A stretch of DNA of 31,263 bases from NCBI GenBank assembly GCA_048772705.1, contig JBLWGC010000117.1, forward strand, positions 1 through 31,263. Reading direction: 5' to 3'. The stretch is from Leidyana gryllorum EB-2025a. Its lineage: Eukaryota > Protista > Apicomplexa. A model generated the notes under the pieces. The model was not told the origin of the DNA. It saw only the letters and a program-made list of their open reading frames with translations, and did not search any database. This document shows positions 19,061 to 28,141 of this stretch, one piece after another. A program made the translations under genes and the position numbers. Within the stretch, counting starts at the first letter, position 1; every line of letters begins with the position of its first letter.

Positions 19061-19261
19061 TGTTATGTGATCGGGCATCAACTCCATTCGGTCGTGACTC
19101 TGTTTTCAAATACCGCAGGTGTAGCCGTTAGAAGTTTGGACGACCTGGGCTATATCATTCCAGCTAGTCGCCCGCTGTGCAGACCCCATAGCATTTAGTG
19201 GTTCTTGACATATTATAACCAGTCTCCCCACTGTACCAGCCATTTGCACCACCGACCGATG

Positions 19262-19332
19262 GGCTGTTTGGTCTAGTGCTATGATCCCTCCTCAGGGTGG
19301 AAGGAGTCCTGGTTCGATTCCCAGAACAGCCC
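19262..19332 (+). pseudogene. tRNA-Pro(AGG) variant
   Basis: D-loop, anticodon and T-stem changes. Confidence 0.6.
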
Positions 19333-19473
19333 TCTTGGTCGTCGGTTGACCCGACGGGACAAGTTGCCCTCAGAACCAACACAGCCACCTCGTTAGCGCA
19401 CTTGGGTAGGGCAGTCAGGGCAGTTAACATCTCAAAAATCGCATTTCGGCTCCCTCTTCCATGGTGCAGACTG

Positions 19474-19545
19474 AGCAGTGTAGCTCAGTGGAAGAGTGTT
19501 GGGCTCATAACCCAAAGGTCCGTCGATCGAAACGACGCACTGCTA
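19474..19545 (+). tRNA. Initiator tRNA-Met(CAT)
   Basis: A1:U72; three G-C pairs in the anticodon stem; GATCGAAAC T loop. Confidence 0.94.
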
Positions 19546-19594
19546 AGTGTGCGCAGGAAGGAAACAGTTATAGAATTGACTGGGTCGTGAGCAA

Positions 19595-19658
19595 AGCCTT
19601 CTGCCGGAAGCGAGCGGGCGCTTACGAAGCGAACGCTCTGCCCCTAAGCTTAGAAGGC
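19595..19658 (-). pseudogene. tRNA-Thr(CGT) with internal deletion
   Basis: Variable/T region deleted. Confidence 0.65.
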
Positions 19659-19734
19659 AATGTAAGTCGGAGATAACGAAGCGATGGCTACTCACGGAGA
19701 TTAGTGGAGCACTTTGCTCGAGTACTTCAATGAC

Positions 19735-19807
19735 TTCCACTGCCGGGACTTGAACCCGGATCGTGCGGGTGAGAGCCGCATATCCTAGCCACTTAGACTA
19801 CAGTGGA
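19735..19807 (-). tRNA. tRNA-Glu(CTC)
   Basis: Intact. Confidence 0.9.
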
Positions 19808-19922
19808 CAACTCCCTCAGCTGCAGCTTTAGCCGAGAGCCGTACCCTCTTGACAAAACGTGGTTGCAATCCTGCGGTACAAAAAGGAGTCTGTCTATACT
19901 AACCTGTGAACCATTGTAGCTG

Positions 19923-19995
19923 GGTCTTGTAGCTCAGTCGGCAGAGCGTGTGGCTGTTAACCACAAAGTCGCAGGTTCGAAACCTGCCAGGACCG
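19923..19995 (+). tRNA. tRNA-Asn(GTT)
   Basis: Intact. Confidence 0.93.
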
Positions 19996-20110
19996 GTTTC
20001 AGAGGCACACTAAACACTGACTGGGCTGCTCTCCCAATGGCACTTGTGGTCTGCGACCCTTCAAAGATGGAAGTTTGTTTGGATCCCGCCACGTGCAGCC
20101 GTACGTACTT

Positions 20111-20183
20111 CGGACGACCTGGGTATCGATCCCAGTACCTCTAGCATGCGAAGCGAGCGCTCTACCATCTGAGCTAGCCGCCC
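20111..20183 (-). tRNA. tRNA-Ala(CGC) variant
   Basis: G3:U70; one anticodon-stem mismatch; G73. Confidence 0.7.
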
Positions 20184-20207
20184 ATCCGCTCATCCGCTCT
20201 ACATGGA

Positions 20208-20513
20208 TGATGCGTCATTTTGAACCTGATCTGCATTCTTTCAGTTAAGCCCCAGAGTCAATGACGGCCTAAGGCCTTTAGGTTAAGCTAGATCTACGTG
20301 CCAGCCTGGTTAAGGGAGACACGAACACGACACACACGTTTTTATTATTCATTTTTCATTACATTCCAATACAACTAATTCAATTACGGGCACTTACCAG
20401 ACCAAAACCCAACTTCAGAATACCCAGATTAGCCATCAGTATAGATTATGGACCCAATGCATCCAACTAGGGACGGAACCAGCGATTCGGCGGATGTTCC
20501 GCCTATCAAACCA
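20208..20513 (-). mobile_element. Solo LTR-like insertion (306 bp) with 5-bp TSD ATGGA
   Basis: TG...CA termini; ATGGA at 20203-20207 and 20514-20518; empty site at 7862-7885; AATAAA on the minus strand. Confidence 0.8.
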
Positions 20514-20562
20514 ATGGACGACCTATTGCATCCAGTGGCTGACCGAGGGCCGATACAACGGC

Positions 20563-20642
20563 TGACAAGAGTGGGATTCGAACCCACGCCCTTTAGGACT
20601 GCGGCCTTTACACAGCACCTTGGACCACTCGGCCATATTGCC
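20563..20642 (-). pseudogene. tRNA-Leu(AAG) variant
   Basis: U33A and acceptor mismatch. Confidence 0.6.
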
Positions 20643-20737
20643 GGAGTGCCCTTGGCTCGCCACTTTACACGCTTTCTGTCCGTGAAGTCTCGAGAAGGGA
20701 GGACTTTTGGGGTTGAAGGCCGGGGTATCCACGAGCG

Positions 20738-20809
20738 TCCGAGATAGTATAGTGCTTAGTATTTCCGCCTGTCACTCGGAAGACCCGGGTTCGATTACCG
20801 GTATCGGAG
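20738..20809 (+). pseudogene. tRNA-Asp(GTC) variant
   Basis: Four substitutions in conserved positions. Confidence 0.6.
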
Positions 20810-20862
20810 ACACTTCGTTCTTCCGCTTTAGATTTCGTGGTGCTCACCTGACAAACGCGAGT

Positions 20863-20935
20863 TACAGCCACCGAGGATCGAACTCGGAACCTTCTGCGTG
20901 TTAAGCAGACGTCGTGACCACTAGACCATGGCTGC
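20863..20935 (-). tRNA. tRNA-Val(AAC)
   Basis: Intact cloverleaf. Confidence 0.88.
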
Positions 20936-21075
20936 ACGGACCTTCCGGGCTGTGAAAGGGGCGTGTGTCTTTGGACACACGTATTCGATGAGCCCGTTCG
21001 TCGTCGCTTGAACCGACGCTCCACCTAATCTCAAGACGGTACGGCTCTCGTCCAAAGCCTCAACTCGGGCACTTG

Positions 21076-21145
21076 TCCACTGTAGTCTAAGTGGTTAGGA
21101 TATGCGCCTCTCACCACGATCCGGGTTCAAGTCCCGGCAGTGGAA
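21076..21145 (+). pseudogene. tRNA-Glu(CTC) with 3-nt deletion
   Basis: Anticodon stem broken. Confidence 0.65.
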
Positions 21146-21213
21146 GCTACTGGAGCAAAGTGCTCCAGTAATCCCCGTCAATAGTCACTGATTCGTGATC
21201 TTCGGCCTGCATT

Positions 21214-21285
21214 GCCTTCTTAGCTCAGGGGCAGAGCATTCGCTTAGTAAGCGAAAGGTCGCCGGCTCGTTTCCAGCAGAAGACT
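21214..21285 (+). tRNA. tRNA-Thr(AGT) variant
   Basis: T loop CTCGTTT; acceptor mismatch. Confidence 0.55.
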
Positions 21286-21476
21286 ATCGACTGGGCACCT
21301 GCAAAGCTTAAGTCTCTCAAGCTCCAATCATCGTAGCTGAGCCTGGTAGCTCAGCCAGCAGAGGGTAAGCCTCTTAGCCACAAAGTCGCAGACTGGAACC
21401 TGCCAGTACCTGAGGCACCCACTAGCTCAACGCAAACTGCGGCCGAGTCTCGGGGTGCTGGAGCTCTTTCTCAAGT

Positions 21477-21547
21477 GCACTTGTGGTCCAAGGGTAGGAT
21501 GCGAGCTTCCCATGCTCGCAGCCCGGGTTCGAGTCCCGGCAGGTGCA
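21477..21547 (+). tRNA. tRNA-Gly(CCC)
   Basis: CGAGC TT CCC AT GCTCG; intact. Confidence 0.92.
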
Positions 21548-21626
21548 GCCGATCGTACAGACTTGACCGTGGCTGCAACGATATTTTCAACATTCCGGGG
21601 CGAAGAGCAATGCACTTTAGACTGCT

Positions 21627-21698
21627 TGCCCGAGCCAGGAATCGAGCCTGGGTTTGCACGGCCACAACGTGCTGTCCTAACCACTAGCTGACTCGGAC
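21627..21698 (-). tRNA. tRNA-His(GTG) variant
   Basis: D-stem change. Confidence 0.65.
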
Positions 21699-21945
21699 AA
21701 TCTTTGAGCGAGGCTGTAGGGGTAGCGAAGCATCGATTAGGATGGAATGGAACAGGAGTGTCAGACGAACTACGTTGTAAGAAGTCCACTCCTCAACTCG
21801 CGGCGGGACGGAATTTGCTCGTCGAATATTTGATGCCACCACTACAATCACATGCGTTGCCATCTAAGCAACTCGGCCCGTAAGAGTACTTCGGGGCGGT
21901 ACACCGACGGGGTGCCCGAGGGAAGGTGTAATCAGTTACAGTCTC

Positions 21946-22027
21946 GGCAAGGTGGCCGAGCGGTTAAGGCGGCGGCCTGCCAAGCCGTTGGGTTTTACCC
22001 GCGTGAATTCGAATCTCACCCTTGTCG
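21946..22027 (+). tRNA. Ser(GCT)-body tRNA with GCC anticodon, G53A
   Basis: GCGGC CT GCC AA GCCGT; long variable arm retained. Confidence 0.65.
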
Positions 22028-22236
22028 GCAGCATTCGCGCAGGGCGCAATTGCTTCAATGATTGAAGTGAGCGACTCAAATCCAACGCTCTACGCCGGGC
22101 GCTATATACAGGAGCCAATTAAATTTTCCAGACGTCAGTAGAGAGACCCGTGTTGCGTGTGTCCAGTTGAGGGAAGCGCTAGTGGGGATAATTCTACCGA
22201 CTCAATTCTACCGACTCTTCTGGGATGGGCTGAATC

Positions 22237-22308
22237 GGTTGCGTGGTGTAGTGGTTAACACTGGAGACTCTGAATCTCCCGCCCTGGATTCGATTCCCGG
22301 CGCGACCT
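22237..22308 (+). tRNA. tRNA-Gln(CTG)
   Basis: GGTTGCGTGGTGTAGTGGTTAACACT GGAGA CT CTG AA TCTCC; G53A. Confidence 0.75.
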
Positions 22309-22372
22309 TGCAAGTGGTCCTCACTGCTCCGTGAAACTTCGCCACTCCTCTTGGGCTGTGGGGACCATTCAT

Positions 22373-22442
22373 GCAGCCACGGTCTAGTGGTTACGACGTC
22401 TGCTGAACACGCAGAAAGTCCGAGGTGAATCCTCGGTGGTAT
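22373..22442 (+). pseudogene. tRNA-Val degenerate
   Basis: T-arm deletions. Confidence 0.6.
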
Positions 22443-22498
22443 AACTCCTAACTTTCAGCGAGAACCAAAGGAGAGAATCTTAAGCGAAACCACCTGTG

Positions 22499-22570
22499 CT
22501 CTGAGACCGGGAATCGAACCCGGGTCTTCCGCGTGACAGGCGGAAATACTAACCACTATACTATCTCGGA
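22499..22570 (-). tRNA. tRNA-Asp(GTC)
   Basis: One acceptor mismatch. Confidence 0.8.
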
Positions 22571-22761
22571 CGCTCTGAACACGCCGGCCTCCAATCCCAG
22601 AAGTCTTTATATTTTGGCTCACGGACAAAAAACGCGTGGAGCGGTGAACCAACAACACTGTGGCAAGATAGCCGAGTTGTCTGAGGCGCTGTGCTCAGAC
22701 CGCTGTCCGAAAGGGCGAGGATCTGGGGTTGAGCCTTTTGAACCCCGGAGCAGTTGGACGG

Positions 22762-22841
22762 CCGGGGGTAGCTCAGTTGGTAGAGCATCTGACTGTAGTG
22801 CTGGCATCAGATAGTCGGCGGTTCGATTCCGTCCCACCGGA
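22762..22841 (+). tRNA. tRNA-Tyr(GTA) with 7-nt intron (22799-22805)
   Basis: C1:G72, A73; TCTGA CT GTA G [tgctggc] A TCAGA. Confidence 0.85.
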
Positions 22842-23029
22842 AGTAGAGTGGTGATTGGCAAAGTACTACTCAACCTGATGGGTTTTGCAGACATCGTTGA
22901 TGGGCCAACTAGAATGAATCTGGCGAAGATTCTATGCATATACAACTCAAATCTTGTCTCAGCTGTCGGAGCAGCATATCTTAGACAACCTTGAAGAGAC
23001 GTGGCGTATTGAGTCAACAACTGACAGAC

Positions 23030-23101
23030 GGGCTGTTCTGGGAATCGAACCCAGAACTTCTTCCACCCAAAGGAAGGATCATACCACTAGACCAAACAGC
23101 C
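23030..23101 (-). tRNA. tRNA-Pro(TGG)
   Basis: Intact. Confidence 0.88.
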
Positions 23102-23189
23102 GAATGGTCGGTGGTGCAAATTGCTGGTAGAGTCGGGACACTGGTCATTATATGTCAAGAACCACTAAATGCTATGGTGTCTGCAAAGC

Positions 23190-23262
23190 GGGCGACTAGC
23201 TCAAATGACATAGCACTCGCTTAACATGCGAGAGATACTGGGATAGATGCCCAGGTCGTCCA
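23190..23262 (+). pseudogene. Ala-body tRNA with AAC anticodon
   Basis: G3:U70 acceptor intact; D loop and T loop damaged. Confidence 0.65.
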
Positions 23263-23338
23263 AGCCTCTAACGGCTGCACCCGCGGTATATGAAAACAGA
23301 GTCACGACCGAAGGGAGTTGATGCCCGATCACATCGCA

Positions 23339-23420
23339 CGACAACTGCTGGATTTGAATCAGCGCGGGCCCGGCCCAGTAGATTTCGAGTCTACCCCCTT
23401 AACCACTCGGGCAAGTTGCC
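23339..23420 (-). tRNA. tRNA-Ser(CGA), G53A
   Basis: Type II. Confidence 0.72.
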
Positions 23421-23621
23421 AACGGTAGAACTCGGCATGCCGCAGGCAGTGGCTTCACATACGGTTCAGCAGCTTGACTCGGACCGCTCGCGCTGTCCGA
23501 ACCCGCGGTCTCTTCATTGAAAGTCTTGTGCTCTACCGACGGAGCTGGCGCGGCAAGGAAGCTTGGACTTGGAAAAAAATTCCTTTCGTATTGGCAACTC
23601 TTTATCAAAGATCCACTCACT

Positions 23622-23695
23622 GGGTCACGCCCGGGCTCGAACCGGGGACCTTGAGCTTATTAGGCTCACGCTCTAACCGACTGAGCTACGCGACC
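23622..23695 (-). tRNA. tRNA-Ile(AAT)
   Basis: Intact stems; discriminator C. Confidence 0.82.
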
Positions 23696-23816
23696 ACTTC
23701 TGCGGCGACAGATGGCACCTATTCACTTACTTGATGCCTCTGCGTCGCCACGGCAATCTCTAGCATGTACTGCTGGTGTTTTGAGCCCAGCCGCCTACTC
23801 CGATGATCGCAGCACA

Positions 23817-23898
23817 GGACAACTGCTGGATTTGAACCAGCGCGGGCCAGGCCCCGTAGATTTCTAGTCTACCCCCTTAACCACTCGTGCAAGGTGCC
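23817..23898 (-). tRNA. tRNA-Ser(AGA) variant
   Basis: A few mismatches. Confidence 0.6.
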
Positions 23899-24203
23899 GC
23901 TGTCAAACTTGGCATTTCGCGGCCAGTGGCTTCACATAAGGTTCAGCGAGCTTTACTAGGACTGCTCGCGCCGCCCGAACCCGCGGATCTCCCCTTCAAA
24001 AGTCTTGCGCTCCACTGACGGAGTTGGGGCGGCAAGGAAGCTCGCCCCGTACCCGAGGAAGGCCCAAGATTCCACGATCAATACAAATGGAATTGGTTAC
24101 TAAGTCCGAATCTGTAGCAGAGATCCACTCGCTTGATCAGGCCGACATACCATTTTTTCCAAGACGGTACGGCTCTCGGCCGAAGCCCCAACTCAACCAC
24201 TCG

Positions 24204-24276
24204 TCCACTGTAGTCTAAGTGGCTAGGATATGCGGCTGTCGCCCGCACGATCCGGGTTCAAGTCCAGGCAGTGGAA
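24204..24276 (+). pseudogene. Glu-body tRNA with GTC anticodon
   Basis: Loop CT GTC GC; T-stem mismatch. Confidence 0.6.
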
Positions 24277-24336
24277 ATCCAGCAGAGTGTGGTTGTAGGC
24301 AACGGTTCCTGTCTTACTCCCAGAGACATTGACTTG

Positions 24337-24409
24337 CACCGCCCGCGGGGCTCGAACCCGCGACTGCAAGATTAAAAGTCTTGCGCTCTACGGACTGAGC
24401 TAGCGCGGC
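24337..24409 (-). tRNA. tRNA-Lys(TTT)
   Basis: CT TTT AA loop; D-loop CG; one acceptor mismatch. Confidence 0.72.
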
Positions 24410-24510
24410 AGGGAAGCTCTAAACTTAGTTACACCCTATTTACCGTTGGGTGGAGCAGCCGATGTCCTCTCTTGATCGCTACACACTTCTATTTGACGGC
24501 TCCGTTAGTC

Positions 24511-24583
24511 GGCGCTATGGCCTAATGGATATGGCATCGGTCTACGGAACCGGGGATTCTGGGTTCGAGTCCCAGTAGCGTCT
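24511..24583 (+). tRNA. tRNA-Arg(ACG)
   Basis: Identical to 7182-7254. Confidence 0.92.
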
Positions 24584-24696
24584 GGGCGAACGGCCGGGTT
24601 GCAGCCTGTTGAGTCAACAACTCAGATCCTGTCTTAGCTGTCAGGGACATTGTCCGGGATGGGTCGAGTGCCGTGTTGGGTCAACAACTATCAGAC

Positions 24697-24762
24697 GGCC
24701 TGTTCTGGGAATCGAACCCAGGACTTCTTCCAGGAAGAATCATACCACTAGACCAAACAGCC
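24697..24762 (-). pseudogene. tRNA-Pro lacking its anticodon loop
   Basis: CTTCC-T-GGAAG with the loop deleted. Confidence 0.7.
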
Positions 24763-24851
24763 GACAACCCACCATCCCGGTACAGCCCCCAGTACTGTGG
24801 AATCAGTCGGCACAGCACGCGTTTCGGCTCCCTCTTTCATGTTGGACACTG

Positions 24852-24923
24852 AGCAGCGTGGCTCAATGGGAGAGTGTTGGGCTCCTGACAGGAAGGTCCG
24901 TCGGTCGAAACGACGCACTGCTA
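24852..24923 (+). pseudogene. Initiator Met-derived pseudogene
   Basis: iMet acceptor and T arm; anticodon arm eroded. Confidence 0.65.
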
Positions 24924-25246
24924 AGCGTCAGCAGGAGGACACACTTATAGAAATGATACAGGCGTCTTTTTGATTCAAGACCTCCCCGATCTGGCTATCG
25001 ACCGCTACACGTTTGGCGTGCAAAGTCACCTTTCTACCGCTTGAAATAGCCGCCAACCCGCCAAACCCAAGTGAACTTTCCCCGCCTCGGTTCCTCAACA
25101 GTGGCACTTCGAGCTCTCAAGCTCAACACTGCGGCACAGATCGCGGGGTGGTCGGAGATGCCAAACTCGAATTTGGATCGCGTAAGTCTGCATGGCTCGG
25201 AATGTCAGCCACTCTTGTCGATTCCGCTGTAGAGCGAGACCACGAG

Positions 25247-25319
25247 AACGGTGGGCGGGACTCAAACCCACAACCTTTGCCTCCGGAGGGCAACACGCTA
25301 TCCATTGCGCCACCACCGC
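25247..25319 (-). tRNA. tRNA-Arg(CCG), T-loop variant
   Basis: CT CCG GA loop; C56T. Confidence 0.72.
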
Positions 25320-25486
25320 ACAATCCACAGCCTCACTGTCTGCGACCCCTGAGTCGGTGATATCGCCTGGCCCCGCTGGTTCGATTCAGCAGGTGTCAAG
25401 TGGACGTAGTAGGCGGAGTTCGAAAGACTCCTTAACTCCTTATCTTATTTGAGACACTGCTAGACCCTCGTCAGAGCCTAGCAAAA

Positions 25487-25558
25487 GGGCTGTTCTGGGA
25501 ATCGAACCCAGGACTCCTTCCACCCTAAGGAAGGATCATACCACTAGACCAAACAGCC
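25487..25558 (-). tRNA. tRNA-Pro(AGG)
   Basis: Intact. Confidence 0.93.
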
Positions 25559-25646
25559 GACTGGTCGGTGGTGCAAATTGCTGGTAGAGTCGGGACACTG
25601 GTCATTATATGTCAAGAACCACTAAATGCTATGGTGTCTGCAAAGC

Positions 25647-25719
25647 GGGCGACCAGCTCAAATGACATAGCACTCGCTTAACATGCGAGAGATACTGGGA
25701 TCGATGCCCAGGTCGTCCA
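25647..25719 (+). pseudogene. Ala-body tRNA with AAC anticodon
   Basis: Duplicate of 23190. Confidence 0.65.
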
Positions 25720-25791
25720 AGCCTCTAACGGCTGCACCCGCGGTATATGAAAACAGAGTCACGACCGAAGGTGATGCCCGATCACATCGCA

Positions 25792-25874
25792 CGACAACTG
25801 CTGGATTCGAACCAGCGCGGGCCCGGCCCAGTAGATTTCGAGTCTAACCCCCTTAACCACCCGGGCAAGTTGCC
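25792..25874 (-). tRNA. tRNA-Ser(CGA) variant
   Basis: 1-nt insertion. Confidence 0.62.
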
Positions 25875-26104
25875 AACGGTAGAACTCGGCATGCCGCAGG
25901 CAGTGGCTTCACATACGGTTCAGCAGCTTGACTCGGACCGCTCGCGCTGTCCGAACCCGCGGTCTCGCCATTGAAAGTCTTGCGCTCTACCGACGGAGCT
26001 GGCGCGGCAGGGAAGTGCGGACCTGGTAACAAGTTCCTTCCGTATTGGTCGCAGAATGTTGGGGCTCGAGTCCATGGCGACTCTTTATCAGAGATTTACT
26101 CACT

Positions 26105-26178
26105 TGGTCACGCCCGGGCTCGAGCCGGGGACCTTGAGCTTATTAGGCTCACGCTCTAACCGACTGAGCTACGCGACC
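26105..26178 (-). tRNA. tRNA-Ile(AAT)
   Basis: Identical to 11341-11414. Confidence 0.85.
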
Positions 26179-26287
26179 ACTTCTGCGACGACAGATGGCA
26201 CCGACCCGGATGCTGGATCCTCGGTGGCTGTAGCTCGCAACTTTCAGCGAGAACCGAAGCAGAGAATCTTAAGCGAAACCACCTGCG

Positions 26288-26359
26288 TTTCGAGACCGGG
26301 AATCGAACCCGGGTCTTCCGCGTGACAGGCGGAGACATTAACCACTATACTGACTCGGA
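26288..26359 (-). tRNA. tRNA-Asp(GTC) variant
   Basis: Copy of 9328. Confidence 0.55.
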
Positions 26360-26450
26360 CGCTCCGAACACGCCGGCCTCCAATCCCAGAAGTCTTTCTA
26401 TTCCGGCTCACGGACAAAAAACGCGTGGAGCGACGAACCAACAAGACTGC

Positions 26451-26530
26451 GGCAAGATGGCTGAGGGGTCTAAGGCGCTGTATTCAAGTCGCAGTTCGAA
26501 AGGGCGTGGGTCCAAATCCCACTCTTTTCA
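26451..26530 (+). pseudogene. tRNA-Leu(CAA) degenerate
   Basis: Copy of 9157. Confidence 0.62.
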
Positions 26531-26567
26531 GGTTGAGCCTCACACGGGAAACACAAAAGAGTCTGAT

Positions 26568-26637
26568 TGAGCCCATAGTGATTCGAAAACGCAACCTTCT
26601 GATCTGGAGTCAGACGCGGTACGTCGGCCATAGGCCC
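26568..26637 (-). pseudogene. tRNA-Trp(CCA) degenerate
   Basis: Copy of 9050. Confidence 0.65.
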
Positions 26638-26692
26638 AAAACCATCTCCCGCTCCAGACTCATTACTTGGTGGTCAGGAAAGGAGGTCTCAC

Positions 26693-26763
26693 GCATCTGT
26701 GGTCTAGTGGTAGAATGTCTCGTTGCCATCGAGACGACCCGGGTTCGATTCCCGGCAGATGCA
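26693..26763 (+). tRNA. tRNA-Gly(GCC)
   Basis: Intact. Confidence 0.93.
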
Positions 26764-26836
26764 GAGGAGATAATCCATGGTTGATTTTGCCAATGTTTCA
26801 TGCCTCATTTAGTGTCTGACCTTCAATCACATCACA

Positions 26837-26918
26837 CGACAACTCTTGGATTTGAACCAGCGCGGGCCAGGCCCAGTAGATTTCGAGTCTACCCCCTTAA
26901 CCACTCGGGCAAGTTGCC
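26837..26918 (-). tRNA. tRNA-Ser(CGA)
   Basis: Copy of 8769. Confidence 0.75.
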
Positions 26919-27183
26919 AACTGTCCAACTCGGTATGCCGCAGACAGTGGCTACGTATACGGCTCTCGCGCATGACAAGCACGCTGCGCGATATGGTCTT
27001 GGCCCTTCAAAGGTCGTAACTTCGAGTATTTAAATACGCTGCGTGCACCCGTACGAAGTTTGGACAACCTGGGTATCGATCGCGGTGGCCTGCGGTGCCA
27101 AACTTGAGTTTGGATGGCGCAAGTCTGCACGGCTCCGAATGGCAGCCACTCTTCTCGATTCCACGGTTGAGCGGGACTACGAG

Positions 27184-27256
27184 AACGGTGGGCGGGACTC
27201 GAACCCACAACCTTTGCCTCCGGAGGGCAACACGCTATCCATTGCGCCACCACCGC
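27184..27256 (-). tRNA. tRNA-Arg(CCG)
   Basis: Intact. Confidence 0.9.
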
Positions 27257-27424
27257 ACAACCCACAGCCTCACTGTCTTAAACACCTGAGTCGTCAGTAT
27301 CGCCTGGCCCCACTGGTTCGAATCTAGCAGCTGTCGAGTGACGTGGTAGGCGGACTCGTTATCGTATTTGAGACAGGGGATGCGTGTATCAACTCTCCCA
27401 GACCCTCGTCAGCGGCTAGCAAAA

Positions 27425-27498
27425 AGGCTGTTTTAGGAATCGAACCCAGGACTCCTTCCACCCCCTAAGGAAGGATCATACCACTAGACCGAACAGCC
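27425..27498 (-). pseudogene. tRNA-Pro(AGG) variant with 2-nt loop insertion
   Basis: Homologous to 25487. Confidence 0.6.
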
Positions 27499-27706
27499 GA
27501 ATGTTAGGGGGATCCACGATGTAATGGCCAATTCCGCCCTGGAATGAGTACCGTTGCACAGAATGGGATTCGCACCCATGCAGACTTGCGCCTACCAGAA
27601 TGTGGCAAGATGCCCCAGTGGGCAAGGCGCTGTGTTCAGACCCCACTCACATGGTCGGCACTGGCTACCCGCAGGAACCCCAGACTACTTATTTCGATGC
27701 TGCATT

Positions 27707-27787
27707 GCGAGAATGCCCGAGAGGTTAAGGGGGTGGCCTTAAGATCCACTGGTTAATTCCGCGTGGGTTCGAACCCCACTTCTCGCA
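27707..27787 (+). tRNA. tRNA-Leu(TAA)
   Basis: Identical to 18179-18259. Confidence 0.85.
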
Positions 27788-27919
27788 TAAGGAGGCAAGT
27801 GTCGGAGTTGTCGTGCGATATGATTGGAGGGGTCAGACACCAATTACGCATGAATTCTCACCCACTAGCTCAACGCAGACTGCGGCCGAGTCTCATGGTG
27901 CTGAAGCTCTTTCTCAAGT

Positions 27920-27990
27920 GCATTTGTGGTCCAAGGGTAGGATGCGAGCTTCCCATGCTCGCAGCCCAGGTTCGAGTCCCGGTAGGTGCA
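27920..27990 (+). tRNA. tRNA-Gly(CCC)
   Basis: Near intact. Confidence 0.78.
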
Positions 27991-28069
27991 GCCGATCGTA
28001 CAGACTTGACCATGGCTGCAACGATATTTTCAACATCTCGGGGCGAAGAGCAATGCACTTTAGACTGCT

Positions 28070-28141
28070 TGTCCGAGCCAGGAATCGAGCCTGGGATTGC
28101 ACGGCCACAACGTGCTGTCCTAACCACTAGACGACTTGGAC
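28070..28141 (-). tRNA. tRNA-His(GTG)
   Basis: One acceptor mismatch. Confidence 0.78.

Larger units (their letters stand above)
26216..26925 (-). repeat. Near-identical inverted copy of ~8762-9471
   Basis: Colinear with no indels (coordinate sum 35687 at both ends); very few substitutions. Confidence 0.9.

Noticed and set aside
20050-20070. CTTCAAA as a selenocysteine tRNA anticodon loop
   Set aside because: No Sec-type long acceptor, D or variable arms; the region is a decayed Gly gene.
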